A stretch of 64,000 nucleotides of DNA from assembly GCA_038496445.1 (NCBI GenBank), contig JALMLS010000311.1:126499-190498 (forward strand), read 5' to 3'. The stretch is from Trichosphaerium sp. ATCC 40318. Its lineage: Eukaryota; Protista; Tubulinea. The first letter of the stretch is position 1. Every line of letters starts with the position of its first letter. Position numbers and translations under genes: made by a program. This document shows positions 1 to 13,781 of the stretch, piece after piece. The notes below the pieces were generated by a model. That model had not been told where the DNA came from. It worked only from the letters and a program-made list of their open reading frames with translations, and made no database searches.

Positions 1-343
1 GGCACTGGTCTAGGTTCGTTTTGTTTTCTGATTTTGGCGGTTTAGCGTTAAAAAGCTGTCAAGTCATAATTCACCTCTCTTCGCGCTCTAGTGTTGCTGC
101 GTTGGTAGCTTCTTGCTGCATACCACGGTTCATACTTAATTCTTGGCATAAAGGCCTCAAATCTTTGGCTCTGTGGGCTTTACCATACACCTACGCGTAT
201 GAGAGTATTTTGTGTTGTTTTTGTACCTTTTTTACTGATTGTTTTGAGTGACATATTCGGCACTGCCATTTATTGCTCTTCTTCTTCTGTTGGACCTGGA
301 ATTGGCCACAGGAATAACATGAATAAATATGATATTCAGGCAT
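1..343 (-). CDS. MRNIP: MRN complex-interacting protein-like (UPF0544), 5' part; gene runs off the window start
   Basis: The spliced minus strand reads MPEYHIYSCYSCGQFQVQQKKKSNKWQCRICHSKQSVKK|VYGKAHRAKDLRPLCQELS. This matches the CxxC-FQ-x-KW-CxxC-KQS zinc-ribbon pattern of MRNIP. Confidence 0.8.
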
Positions 344-450
344 ACTACAGCACAGTTCTACATGCGTGTACCGTTAAAGCGTTGCGGTGTTCGCGTAAAC
401 CGTTGGCTAAGCAGCTGTTTGGCGATAACTTAAGAAGAAACCGGATTGAC

Positions 451-1350
451 ATGGCACTACTGATGAAGGGCAAAGTACAGTTCTCTTTGAGCACTAAACG
501 GAAGAAATTGGCTCCTTCTTCCTTATTTGACGTAGCAGATGAGCCTGAGGTACAACCTGTAACGAAAAAGCCAAAAATATTACTGGAAGATTCTATTGCG
601 CGTAGTAAACGTATTGAGGTACCTTTTACCGTTTTTTAAATAATGAAATTCTAAACCAACAAGAAAGAAGCGCTCTTCTACGTAGAACGAGAGGAATGGA
701 ACACTGCTCTTGGTAAAATACAAGAAGCGATAGCTTATCATCCCATGTGGGCACGTTTACATGAAGAAAAAGCTCAAAGTGCGTCGACAGCCTTATTTCT
801 GACTAGCAATAACGCTTGCATAGTTTTGATGCAATTGGACGAGTTATTTCTTGCAATTCAGTCTGCGCACAAAGCAACATCTATAGATCCTAAATGGTAT
901 CCCGGTTTCCTTACTTTGGTACGTTGTAATACTTCTAACACGTGCAATTATAAAAAGAACTAAATAGGGGAGATGTCAAGCAAATTTCGGTGAACTTGAT
1001 CTCGGTCTTGAGTCTCTACTACAAGCGAAAAAATTATCACCAGAGAACGCAGAGATTGACCAAGATATACAATGGTTAAAAGATTTGATAAAAAAGCAAC
1101 GTCAACTCGAAGCAGATCCCAACATTAGGATAGAACGGTACGTCAAAATGGCTTAGAATAATTAAGTCTTACTTGCTTTAGTGGAGTTGTTATTGATGTA
1201 ACTGTAAAAGAAGCTACACCATCAATGTCGGATATACTATCACAAACTATTAAAAAAGAAGCAGAGAATGCTGGGACGTGTGTAAAGGATGTTGATATGG
1301 AGGACGCTCCTCCAACATTCAAGAAAGATGCCTTTTTTCAAGGTGATTAA
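451..1350 (+). CDS. TTC33: TPR-repeat protein, TTC33-like (5 exons; start at 451 or 463)
   Basis: Four GT-AG introns join KEALFYVEREEWNTALGKIQEAI, LHEEKAQILMQLDELFLAIQSAHKATSIDPKWYPGFLTLGRCQANFGE and ends FFQGD*. This is a TPR pattern typical of TTC33. Confidence 0.75.
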
Positions 1351-1571
1351 TTGTAATTTGTAAAAGACAGAGCCAATGGCGGCCATTTTTATTTGTTGTT
1401 TGTACTGTAACGTAATTTATGTCGGATTTTTATTGCTCTGCGTGCGAACTTGTCCACAGGTCAATACTATTGACTATAATATGAGACTAATATTGACTCT
1501 TTTCAGTGATTGAAAATAAATTCACTTGAGCAATGATTGATAATTGGGTCTTAAAATATAAAACTATCGCA

Positions 1572-2783
1572 ATGGGCAACACATTTGACACTAGTTCGTT
1601 TACGAAGTGCTGGAGTAAACCAGAGAAAACAGGAAAGAGGAAGAGAGATACATCAGCTCCCGAAGAGAGTCCAAAGCCAACAAAGAAGGCTAAGGTTGGA
1701 GAAAAGGAAACCAAGGACGAAGAAAAAGCAACAGGCCAAGAAGTAAAGCTCAAAACCAAGGCGGCAAAAAAGAAATCTGTTAAACCTGAAGTTGTCACTC
1801 CAGATACCAAAAAGGCCACCAAGACTAAGAAAGTAGGCAAGGCTTCTTCGCCACAAAAGAGTGCTGTACCTGATCGAAAATCCAAAAATCTATCAGCACT
1901 TTTTAAAAAGGGTCTCAAAGATCTTGATGCACCTGGTGCATTCAAAGTACCAAATCCAGTAATTCGAAGACCATCTGTACTCCAACAGAAGAGCGATGCA
2001 AGTAGTCAGGTTGACTCTGTTGCAAACACCAAGGCACCAAAGAATGCCTCAACCGAAGAAAGACGCCCAACTGTCACTGAACAACCTAAAGCATCTAGAC
2101 CAACCAGACGAAGATCAACGAGTTTCCTAAAGAGAAACGAAGTTCAGCAACCACAAGAAACTGGTGAAAAAGTTGCCGAGACTGAAAAGATTCGTAAAGA
2201 AAAGCTGAAACAAAAACTACAAAAAGAGTTAGAAAGCTTCAAACTCTTTGAACCAACAATCGAAATCCCTAACACGGGTAAAGATTATGGTAAAGCTTTT
2301 GAAGCAAGACAAGCAATGGCAGCTCGAAAGTTCGAATCACATGAGAAAGAAGCGGAGCCAAGAAAGAAGTACAACGATACTGAAAGTGAAGATGAACCAG
2401 TACCAATGCATTGGTCTCAGGACTCTACACCTGTAGAATCCCTCGAAGCTGTTGAATCAATAAAAGAAACCATTGACACTGAAGATAACATGATATGCTC
2501 CAAAGAAAACATCGCTTTAACACAGTCACATCTCCACAAAAATAGTAAGTTTACATTCTAAAGATTCTTACTAATGCTTTCGTGCTTAGTGCCATTAGAC
2601 CGCCTGTTTACATTGTTTATGACAAAAAACAGAATCCACAAAAGGCTTTGTGAGTTACTTGATGATCCTGGGAAATTCGTAGATTGTGCTGAAGAACACG
2701 ATGTAATGTTTTGTTTGACCATGATCCTTGAAACATTGGCACCAAGTAAACTTGGTGGAGTAGCGGTAGTTGAAGCACAATAA
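1572..2783 (+). CDS. Hypothetical Lys-rich low-complexity protein (2 exons)
   Basis: Long ORF 1572-2544, then an intron gtaagt...cattag joining in frame to RLFTLFMTKNRIHK...VVEAQ*. No family recognised. Confidence 0.6.
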
Positions 2784-3069
2784 TTTGTTCCTTCGAACAC
2801 TTGACAATAGCATGTTGGCTTGCCCATATACGTTTGTTTTAATCTCCAAGTCAAAAGTTTTTGGTCGCAAGAGCAAAATGATTCATTGACTTCATTAAAA
2901 TAAACTTGTTTACAAAATCTTGCAACTTATTTAATTTACTACCTACACTTGTAAGTAATAATGTGTTTTATTGTGATTTGTAGGTACAACAGTGTTTGAA
3001 ATACCGAATGTCAGAACTTTTTTTTAAGTGACCGCACGTGACCAAATTTTTCAATGTGAGCGCACTAAC

Positions 3070-5230
3070 ATGGTAGTTACAACGTTTTCAATTCAATTTT
3101 AGCTTACTACAATAGGACCAGCAACAAAAACGCGCTCACTTCGCGCGAATAAGTGAAGGCGAGGCAGAAATTCCTTGGAGTGTTTTTTTGGAACGTATAA
3201 CGGTATGAGACGCCTAAAAACTTTTCTTAATAAGTATCGCATAAAGTCTACACAACCTGATCTCGCGCATAAAATACGCCATCATGGCGCTTCACCATCA
3301 ACAGTAGATTACGATACGTTTGTATCCTTGATAAAGCACGTGGAAAATGCCGGTAACGGTGAAAACAAGGTGAGCCTTTTTTGGGAAACTTGCTAGCGTA
3401 CAACTAACTTGTTTGTTGTCAAGACGTTTGACACAACGTCCTCTCAAGTACGGTAATTGATTAAACTCCATCTTGACATAAAATATAGCGTGTAAAGACA
3501 TTAGAAGCTAGACTTGATAATGCTGCAAACGCCAGAGAAGAGGTGTAAAAATTGTTCGTACTTTAACTTACATTTGTAGCTTCTTCAACAAATTTCAAGT
3601 CACGTGCGGACAGAGGAAGAATTGAAAAAGAAACTACGTCGTTTATCAAGAGATAATGAAGGTTGGGATAAAGCAAGCCAAGAAGTAGAGGAACTTAAAC
3701 ATGAGTTGCAAGAAGCAAGTTTTGCCCGTTAAACATAGAAATATGTAAGCTAAAGACTATGTAGTTGAAGAGAAACAAAGAAGACCAAGACCGAGAACTG
3801 AAGCAAGCTACCGGTTAGTATAAACTTACATACTTTTTTCTCGATGTTTGTTGAAGTTAACTTTCCTCTAGACAAAGTCGATAACTTGAATAAATTACTT
3901 TCGGAAAAGGTACTTCAAAACCTTATGATTTTATAAGCAATATTGTGACTCGAATTTGAGCTTCGGTCTCTGAATGATGCAAGAGACGAACTTGTAAAAA
4001 CACAGATCGATTTACGCAAAGCTAAAAACTCATCAACACCAAGAAGAACAGAACAGCAAGTGACAAGAAACGAAAACACAATGGAAGTAAGTTGACCTTT
4101 AATGAAAATCTGACTCTATTATTTTTTTTTAACGCAGTTTTACTAGGCAACGAATAAAGTATTCAAACAAAAAATAATTGGACTCATTGCTGCGCACGTT
4201 CTTTTTGTATTATAGATAACCCATTTAATTTTTAACATGTATACTTTAGAAATGATAGGTAAGAGTTTATAAATTCAAAAAAAATGATTGTTCACAAAGT
4301 AAGGCTTCGTGATCACTTGCACGATGAGACAACAAAATATAAAGAAAAACTACAAGTAGCTCGAAAGGAGATAGAAACTCTTAAAACTCAACAGGTCTCA
4401 AAACAAGAGATATCTAACGGTATACCCACGATAGATGTACAACATGTTGCAACAACAAATGAAAAAATTGAAGACGATAAAATTGTAGAATCACCTGACA
4501 GCGTAGTCATTGATTTGGAAAAACCAGAAGAACTTGAGAATAGTATGTTCAAAAAAAACTTTGTTCACGTGATTTATTCGTTTTTTAGATGACAATTCAA
4601 AGCCTAATGATCGCAATAGTTTGGTATGTTTTACCATCAAACAATACAATTTTTTTTTCGTCTAACGAAGGAATAGGTAACAAGTGGTGGCGCAGCACGG
4701 TTTCTACGTACAAAACTTTTCTTCTTTTAACTTTTTTCTATTCACATGTTTTTTTTTTGAATGCTGAAACCATTTCAAGGTCGAACAGAAGCTAAACCAT
4801 CTAAAAAACGCTTGACATTAACATCTTCAACCAATGATAGTGATAAATTTGATGGTAGCTTGCAAGAATCGATGGAGTTTGTAGACAGCATGAAACTGGC
4901 AAGCGCACTTGAACCTTTCTTTCTACTCTTGGCTTGCTTCGTTAATAAACAGTAATATTAGGAGTTTGATTATGAAAGAAATAAAACAGATACACCCTAT
5001 GCCAGGACAAGGAGGGTCCCTTATAGACCCAACAACCGAATGTCAAAAGCAAGCGAAAAAACACCATTAATACGTAAAAAACGGGGAGAAGAATCAGAAG
5101 ATTCAACAGGTTTGTAACTGACACATCTCAAAATCACTAACCTGATTGTTCGATAGGATGTCGGGTACACATGTGTTGCTGTTATTGTGGTTGTAAATCG
5201 TGCTGTTGTAATAGTTGCACTATCCTTTAA
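3070..5230 (+). CDS. Multi-exon coiled-coil protein with Cys-rich CaaX C-terminus
   Basis: Heptad-rich exons. The spliced tail reads EKTPLIRKKRGEESEDST|GCRVHMCCCYCGCKSCCNSCTIL*. The model includes GC-AG introns at 3715 and 4899. Confidence 0.6.
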
Positions 5231-5477
5231 GATCAAAATGTCCAAATAAAATTAATAAAAAAACCAAAATATCGCATTGACTTCGTGCCAGTTCCTCCGT
5301 TAATTTTCCCGCATTTTCTGCCTCTTAGAGACCACGGATAGAGTCATAATTTACACTAGTACTTAGCGCAGTCTTTGAGTGGATGTATGTTCCGCGGAAA
5401 GCAGTGAAAAGAAAAAAAGTAGTCCAACGGTCGTCAACAAACTTGCATACATCCAAACCGTGCATAGGGCACTCGCA

Positions 5478-6106
5478 ATGGGAAGGAAGACCAAAAAGGC
5501 TCCAAAAACCGTCGAAGGTGTCACACTCAAGCGTAAGACTTCACTCGTAGGCGTAGCTAAGCGTGATATACTCGCATTTAACCCTACACCGTTTCAACTA
5601 TCTGTTTACCATCTGGCACAACACATACCAGCAGGTGAGCAACATTAAACCGTCTGGTAGACCCAAACCTCCTTTTTAAACGCTACAAACCTATTTACAC
5701 GTCCGTTATCGCTTTACAATACACTGATTTCAAAATTAAAGGTACTGTCAGCACATATGGTCAAGTGGCATCTCTGTTAAAGTCTAGTCCTCGGGCTGTA
5801 GGTCAAGCGCTTCGAAGAAACCCGTTTGCACCAACGTACGTCCACTATATTGCCCATACAGCTCTAACGTTTGAAAGCGTACCGTGCCATCGAGTTGTTG
5901 CAGCTGGAGGCAAGATGGGTGGATTTACTGGGAAGACAAGTGGTCCAACGATAGAGAAAAAAATACGATTACTTCGTGAAGAAGGAGTGGAATTTACAGA
6001 GCAAGGGGAAGTTGAAAATAATGCAATATCTCCCGAATGCTTGATATCACGTGAATCCTTAATTATACACGCAAACAAACCAGTAGTCATCACCAACGTA
6101 AAGTAA
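5478..6106 (+). CDS. MGMT: O6-methylguanine-DNA methyltransferase (DNA-binding/catalytic domain), 3 exons
   Basis: TPFQLSVYHLAQHIPAG|TVSTYGQVA...PRAVGQALRRNPFAPT|VPCHRVVAAGGKMGGF...KKIRLLREEG contains the intact PCHR active-site motif. Confidence 0.92.
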
Positions 6107-6274
6107 AACTACCTATGGGTATTTAGCGGCTAAATACAGCCGTTAACTGTTCAGAGATAAAATCAGTACAATAAAAAAACATTTTGTTATCTTTAACTTT
6201 CTTTTATTTACTTTTTTACAATTTGTACTGTTGCACATAATAACGTATAATGCTACCGCAGCGAGGTTTTACTC

Positions 6275-9200
6275 TTAAGGTTTTCGTGCTTCAACAAGGG
6301 CACTCTTAATCTTAGATACCCTAAAAAGAAATATTTAGATTATAATCAATAAAAAACTTGAACGCACCAGTTGTGATAAGATTCTTCATGGCTCATATTA
6401 AAAACATACTTAGCCACAGGCTTTCTCAGTGTTTTTAACATAAACAAGAAGTTATCAACACCTTCACTCTTTTCATCCAAGGTGTACTTCCTAAAAGAAA
6501 ATATGTAAGCCACTCAATCCAGCAACACGTGGCAATCCAAAAAGTATTGCAAATTCATTCTTTAAAACGTACAAAGGTTCCATTATTGTAGCTCTTAGTT
6601 CAAGGCGATGTTTTACACTTAATTTCTGTTTCCCTCCTTTAGTGGAACAAACCAGAATACAATCAGAGAAGACGTATACAGTCCTCTCTTTTAAGTGAGC
6701 TTTAGAGCTCGAGGCAACAGCTACAAGTACTTGACCGCTCTAATAGAACAAGTGAGTATAATGAATGACACGAAGAAGACTATTAAAGACTTACAGTGAT
6801 GAATATACGACTATGATTGTCTAAAGGATTGAACCTCTTAAAAAGCGGTTTCAAAGACTTTAGCTTTTTAAGATTGGCATCTCTGTCAACAGTTTTCCAT
6901 AAAGGTACAAACTTTTTTGCTTCAATAACAGTTTGTTGTAATGGCTGAGGAGGAACTAAAGACAAAAAATATTAACACTTAAATGTCACGTGACTATTGG
7001 GAGTTAACTTACGTCCTTGTATAGGCATGGCATATTGAACATGTTGCTGTTGAACTTGTTGAACATGAACTGGTTGATGTTGGTGTACAGGAAACGAGTA
7101 TGATTGCGACATGCGTTGAGCTATTGGTTGTCCAACACTGATTTGGTTACTTCGAGATTGAGGAAACGTTTTTGTAGCATCTGCCATTGAGACATATTGT
7201 GGCTGTACATTACCTTTCCCTGCAGCTAAAATGTTAATTAAAATCACTACAAACTTGACGATTCCGTTACGTACGTGGCATTTGTTTGACAGGTTTGTGG
7301 ACAGGTGGGATTTGGTCTGAGTACGTTCTCGAGTGAAAAGATACTCTTGGGTTACCAGCAGCACTTGTTTTATAAGTCATTTGTAGAGGTGCGCATTGAC
7401 CTTTAGAGAACAGTTGGTCGTCTAATTGTATAGGTTCCTCTTCTGGTAGAGGAGGTAGTGTATGAGTATCCATACGAGGTGTACTAACTGCAATATCATC
7501 TAATGACTGACTACTCTCGCTAACAGAATAGCAAGTATTTGGCTTAGCCCTTGGACTTCTAAGTCGAACAAGTTCTGGTCCTGGGAAAGCTATTGCGAGG
7601 TTCAAGTCATTTCTTGGTGTGATTGTAAAGTCTGGTCGAGGCATTCCGTTAAACTTCGACTTAAGACTTGGTTTAGGACTTCTACGATTTTGTTTGGGAC
7701 TTCTACGATTTTGCTTAGGACTTCCACGTGTTGAGCTTAGTGGAGAATCGGATATTGATCTTGCTGAGTAGTTTCCTGAGCTTGTTCTAGAGAAAGACAA
7801 GTTTGTTGATGTACTACATGATCTTGAACTATTTGTAGATGTACTCCTTGATACGGAGCTGTCTTCAAAATCAAATACTTCACTAATGCATTTCTCAGCA
7901 TCGGTTGACTTGTACTTGCTAAAAAAAGAAGTTAACGTCACAAAAATATTTCAGAGTTAAAAAATATTTTTCTAATCGTTTTGTAAAGCTCACCTTGCTA
8001 TTTGAAGGGGAGATAGACCATTTGCACTAACAACATCCAAATTCGCTCCATTTAATATCAAGTATTGGATTACAAGAGAGCGGTTGAAAAGAGTTGCAGC
8101 TGTAATTGGGTATTCACCTTTTGACCCAAATCGATGATTAACACAATCACCTACCTATCGAAGAAATATTAGATTACTCAGCTCCTCAGCACTCATAGTT
8201 ATACCTCGGCAACACATTGAACTACTCCGAGTAAATCACCTGTTTCTACAGCATCTTTGAGGCCATCATAAACAGCTTCTTTTGTAGCATAACGTTTCCT
8301 AAATAGGAAGTTAGAAAATAAAAAAAGAGATGTTAACCGGAAGAGCCCGGGCTCCTCTTCAACTTCAAAACAACTTACTTTAGGTATCTTCTGTTCATGT
8401 ACTTATCTTCGATAAACAATCTTTTTGCAGTTCGGGATGCGTCAGTATCGATCTATGTTCACGTGAGCATGACGTGATATTTTTTTTTCAATACCAAAAA
8501 GATGCTAGCACGTACCATACCCAACCCAATAGCACCCCAAATATCGTTAGATTTTGTGTTACCTATAGCCATAATAACCTGTAAACGATTATTAATTATT
8601 TGATCAATTTCGAAGGCTGTTGTGGCTAAAAATACAAAGAAGAAGAAAAAAAAATGTACATTTTACACGTACCTCAACAATAGATGGAGGAAATAAATCA
8701 ATTGCAAAAGACTTTACTCTTGAAACACCCAATGTTCTATGAATACTTGCACATTGTACACACAAACATATGCATTTATTCATACTAACCCAAGCAGGAT
8801 CTAAATAAAAAACGACCATTAAAACACCATAAAACACAAGGTACTTGCGCTAAAAAAAAACAGTACTGCTTGCAACACTTACCAGCTTGACCGCAATCAG
8901 CACATTTACAGTTATTACTACGAAGCTTTTTGATTGTAAAACCACTCAACTCTGCATCCTATTTTATTATCCAAGTAAGTAAGTAAAGCCGAAGAGAAAT
9001 AGACGAACGGCGGCCCGTAAGTTTGTAAATTTAGAAAAATTGAAAAAGAAGAAACCAATAGTTATAAAAATACGTACGTTGTTGAACATGATACGTTTGA
9101 GTGCTTTTACCCATTTTCTCTGATCTTTATAGTTTTCTAGGCGGATATGAATGCGCTTAGAAGGCATTACTACCTCAAAGCTATCTAAAACGAAAAGCGT

Positions 9201-10962
9201 AAGTACATAAAGACGTGGAGAAATGTTTTTTTTTAACGAAAAAGTTTCAAAAAGAAATTTGCTTTAAACTGTATTTTTAGAGTTTGTTAACCGTCTGTTC
9301 TTAAAACGTACCACCATACTCGTTTATATTCAACGTTGATAAATCAAAAGAGTCATCTGGAGAGGCATGGTGATTCTTGCAAATATAAAGCGTTGTTTCT
9401 TTTAAAACAATGTACTTAGAGCTCCATGAGTCACGCTTACGTGATATCTTTGCTTTACTTTGCTAAAAACGGACCACGTAAGAACACAAAAAGGAAAAAA
9501 ACAAAAACAAAAGAAAAGGTAAGAAAAACGTTTTTCGAGCAAAAAAACTTTCTAAATTTGATTTTTGTTTGAGTTTGTCAAAAAAAAAAAGAGAAACGGT
9601 TTTGTCTCTCTTCAGTGACGTTTCGACGTACAATTGTAGCCTTTTGTAGATGCTCTTTCAAAGGCTTGTATTTCTAATAGACAAAGAGGGTTAGATAAAT
9701 ATAGCATAACGAGAATTTTTTGAGTTGAAAAAAATTCGAAAAAGCCTACTTACCTTTTTTGTGTCTCGTTTCGTATTTTGTGAGAAACCTTTGATAATGT
9801 TAACGACAGAATACCAAAAAGTACTCGTACACTCTTGAAAAGCCTCTTTGACGCCATCACCAGTTGTTCCGGATACTTCATGATAAGCGCATCCAAAAGA
9901 GTGTGCAACTGCCTCCCCTTCCTTCTTGGTTACCTTACGCTTACTTTTTTGGTCATCTAAAGCAGATTAGAGTTGACAACATGCAGTAATAGGAGAAAAA
10001 AGAAAAAAAACTTACAATGAGTGCCAATTAAGGTGAGCCAGAAACCCTTTCCTTTTGCATTCTGAACATGCGAATGCATAGTTTTTACCTCATCAAAGCT
10101 AGTGAGGTTAGTTTCGGAGCTTTTTTAAGGCTGGTAATGAAGAAATTCGTCACACCTTTCAAAACTTGTGATATCGAATGCAATCACGAATGCATCGCCA
10201 TCAGATAACCACTGAAGGGTGTTAGAAAATCATGGAGAAAAAAGAAAAAACAGTCCAAATTTGCTCTATCCGAAAATTATACTCTAAAACAAATTCTATA
10301 CAATATAGAACGATACACAAACGATAAACTGAGCGTTTAACTAATTTTTAGTGAAAAGTTACGCACCTCTTCGTATTTTTGCACACAGGAAGGCGAACCA
10401 CCTACGTCCATGATGGAAACGGACGCCTCTACGATAGGTCGTAAATAAAACCGTTTCACTTGATGGTCTGCACTATTTTTTCTTACCTTTCCGATTACTA
10501 CCTTCTCCAGTGTTTATTTTGAGTCTATTCGACGCGAGTAAAAGTCAGAAAACAGGAAGACAATAGAAAAAGGGTAAAATTGGATTGGTTTTGCTCTATG
10601 TTTAACCAAACGCACCTATGAAACGACTGTAGGGTAGGAGGCACCATTTTGCAAGATTGCCCCGTCAACCGTAAAATAGTGGAAGTTTTTCCACAGCTCT
10701 CTGAACCCAGTACGACCAAAATAGCATAGATAAGCACACAACAAAATTATGTAGTTTCCTACTTACCACTGTGAAATCCTTGGTTACTTTTTTTGCCATT
10801 TATTACTTTTTTTATAACAATTTGAGTATGTGTATGTGGTGAGGGGTTGCATACACTGAGTGTACAAGTGGTGAAAGAAAGCTTAGAGGACAAGACTTCT
10901 CTTGACGGCAACTCGCCGGAGTGCTCCGTTGAACTTTGGTTGCAAAAATGTTGGTTTGTCAT
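6275..10962 (-). CDS. AGAP/centaurin-gamma-like protein: Ras-like GTPase, PH, ArfGAP, ankyrin, low-complexity linker, second PH domain
   Basis: P-loop GSESCGKT and DVGG; PH end QRKWVKALKR; ArfGAP finger CADC...WVSMNKCICLCVQCASIHRTLG; ankyrin LILNGANLDVVSANGLSPL; final PH end WVSKIKSAL. About 20 GT-AG introns. Confidence 0.82.
7656..7724 (-). repeat. 21-bp coding tandem repeat (SPKQNRR, about 2.5 copies)
   Basis: ggacttctacgattttg repeats with a 21-nt period inside the AGAP-like linker exon. Confidence 0.8.
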
Positions 10963-11513
10963 TGCGTGTCAACCAAATTTTACGTTACCAAGCGCATTTA
11001 CATAGTACCAGTGATCGTGCAAGAGAATTGCTTCCTCGACTCTATCTTTTTCTCTGTAAACCAATTAAACGTCAGCTTTAGTTACTCTTCTGGTGTAATT
11101 AGCGTACTTATGCTTGTCGAAGCAGTGGCATTGTGTGTTTGCGTGCAGTAAAAAAAATTAAGCGACCAGCGCATATTCCGACGCCAATGCTTACGCCAAC
11201 GCTATGTTAGTGCTTACAACTTACATTAAAATGCGTACCCATTAGAAATGGCGCTGTAATCTTTGCCTTTATAAACCACAATAAGTCGTGTAGCATTTGA
11301 ACAAACATTGCGTTACTGAATTCGCGTTTTAGGTTGTTTACGTCAAAACAAAAAAAAAAAACTTATTCCCAAAAACTTAAAGGCGCCCGATTGAACTGTA
11401 CACGTTTGAATTTTAAACAATTATTTTACTTTCAATACAAAGAGAGGGAACTAAAGTCAAGAAAAATCCCTAGTCGCATCGTCGAGGGGTTGTCTTTATT
11501 TTTTCTCTGAGTA

Positions 11514-11860
11514 TCACTGCCCAGTGAATTTACCCCTAAATTACGTCTTAGAGGCAAAATTTTGCGTATATAGCGTACCAAATATGCATTAACAAGACAA
11601 TACCGATAAATGACAAGCTCATTGTGAGTACTACTGTTGGGCTAACTTTTAATCCAGGAGAGTCATCGTTTACGAATCTGAGCATTCCACCCATACCAAA
11701 ACTGTTGGAACCTCCAGTGCTAACGGTATTTGAAGCGCCTCCACGCCTATAGGCCGTTAACAACTGCTAATACATGTTTTTTTATTATCTGCCAGTCATA
11801 CCTGCGTACAGAGCTCTACATTAAAATTTAGTGATGAATCAAAATATTGAACTGTACCAT
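11514..11860 (-). CDS. SEC61B: Protein transport protein Sec61 subunit beta
   Basis: Spliced M|SSVR|RGGASN...GGMLRFVNDDSPGLKVSPTVVLTMSLSFIGIVLLMHIW|GKFTGQ* matches the family signature. Confidence 0.95.
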
Positions 11861-12470
11861 TGTAGTATGCTTGTTTTAGTGTAGTCACGTAGTGAGAACG
11901 ACGCAAGTCAAATGTTAGTCAAGGCGACACGTATTAGGATACACGTATTATAGTCTCAAATCATGTCATAGGTACCTCACTGGTAAACGTTGCTCAAAAA
12001 CTTGGTACCTAAACCAGAGCACCATTGGTGTAAGTACAAGGTCGTTGACTGCGTCAAATGTATGTATTACGTATCCAGAAGGAAGCGATTGTGCTTGTGT
12101 ACTGTCATCAATAAGTATTTTTCTGTACTCACCTGAATGAGCGTGAAGCGAGGCTAAACGCATGTAAAGACGCCGTGATGCTTGCCACGCATATCCAATT
12201 GTCATACGTTGTTCTTGAATTCCACAGCAATGATGGATCCTAAAGTTGTGCTCAGGTATACCGTTGACATTATTATTTTTTATACTCAGTATAAAAGTCG
12301 AAATTGCTTTTCTCCTCAAACAGTTGCAGACTAGCAGTATGTGTCAAAGGAAAATACCGACTTTGTGTAGTCAGCAACGATTGTATTAGCGGTCCTAACG
12401 ACGCAGGTGTACTAACACAAAATGTTTATTTCAACAACATGTTTTTTGATTGATTGTTGTTGGTTTAATT

Positions 12471-13781
12471 CTAACACTTTAGTGCCTCGAATTTAGCGAA
12501 TGAATCAGATGCAAGCTCCTCCTTCAATTGACCAGATGCGTTATCTTTTACTTGTACCTTTTTGTAGTACTCTACTGGAGGTGTTGGTTTACCTGCCTCC
12601 CAAGAAGCCATATACTTTCTACTGTGTGCACGAGCGTCAATCTTCAAGTCAAGGTTACCAGCATCGACTTCTTGCTTGATATAATCTGGGTAAGGCATAC
12701 CAGCCTTTTTCTTGAATACAGCAGACGAGAGCTAACAAAACTGTTAGAAAAAAAGAATGTTAACGGCGAACTTTTAGTAAAAAACTTAGTGTTACCACAT
12801 AACGTGCAACAAGTTCAATAGTTATTCTGCAACACGTACTTGATGGTGCATCCATTTGTACAATGTTATTCTACCGTGATAGCATTTAATAAGATCAGCA
12901 GAAGAGCTCTAGAAGGTACTATAAGTATTACAGCCAGAGGTAAGAATAAAACACAAGTGATTTTTCTTTTGTTGTTGGCCATACTTGAAGCTGTTCAACA
13001 GTCTCCTCATCAGCGCCTCTGAATATTGCGTTGACTTGTGCAGCAGTGATGGAATTTTGTGCTGTACAAAGAGGGTAAATAAGACTTTTTGTTTAAATAA
13101 CGGTTTTTGCATCAAATGCGTACCAAAGAAACAATCACCTCCAATGCGCTCACTAGCGTGTGGATCACCAGTTGCACCAGCTAAAAAGTTCCCTTAGTCG
13201 TAGCTTCTTGTTGCATCCTACGTACCTGGATCGTAAGTACGCTCTCCAGGCAAGTAAACTGGTACTTTTTCACCAGAAGGGTGAATTACCTAAAACGGAT
13301 CATTAAAACTCTCTATTTGGTAAAGTGTACTCACTTGAAGTGTACCACCGTAGTTGATTCCCCACATTTCTACAGGGGCTCCAACAAATTCAAATTTAAC
13401 GCCAGCTTCGCCCTGTGATTGTTTTTAGCGTTGTGGTGTTGCAAGTGGCGTATTCAGTACCTTTTTGAGAGTTACGACTGCCTTGGCTGTTTTTTGGGTT
13501 TTCTCTTTCTCGCCGTATGCCACCTACATCCTATTTAGCGATATTACAACGCTGTGTCGTACTCCGCCATCAGTAAAGTCAAAGCTAAAAGCACCCGTTT
13601 TTGAGTCGAATGAAAATACGTTTGGTACGCTGTCTTTCAAGCAGTTCATCACCTACAAGCGTTAAAAAGGCTGTTTTGAATTAACGGGTAAACCACGTAC
13701 ATCAGCAACTGCCTCGCTTGATCCACCTGTTGGTGTTCTAAAATTACTTCTAAACTTTCCGTTTATTGGATTTGAGGACAT
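12471..13781 (-). CDS. Hypothetical protein of about 280 aa, 9 exons
   Basis: Clean GT-AG splicing gives MSSNPINGKFRSNFRTPTGG...VPVYLPGERTYDPAGATGDPHASERIGG...GMPYPDY...FEALKC*. Codon usage looks like a well-expressed gene. Family not recognised. Confidence 0.7.

Noticed and set aside
1487-1945. Long antisense ORFs (also 44687-44980, 46736-47065, 61425-61871 and those inside gag-pol)
   Set aside because: They are shadows of biased-composition coding sequence on the opposite strand.
11966-12319. 117-aa ORF or a small spliced gene upstream of SEC61B
   Set aside because: Several incompatible models are possible and there is no recognisable motif.
12471-12698. First impression of a ribosomal protein L5-like C-terminus
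   Set aside because: The full spliced protein has no uL18 motifs.
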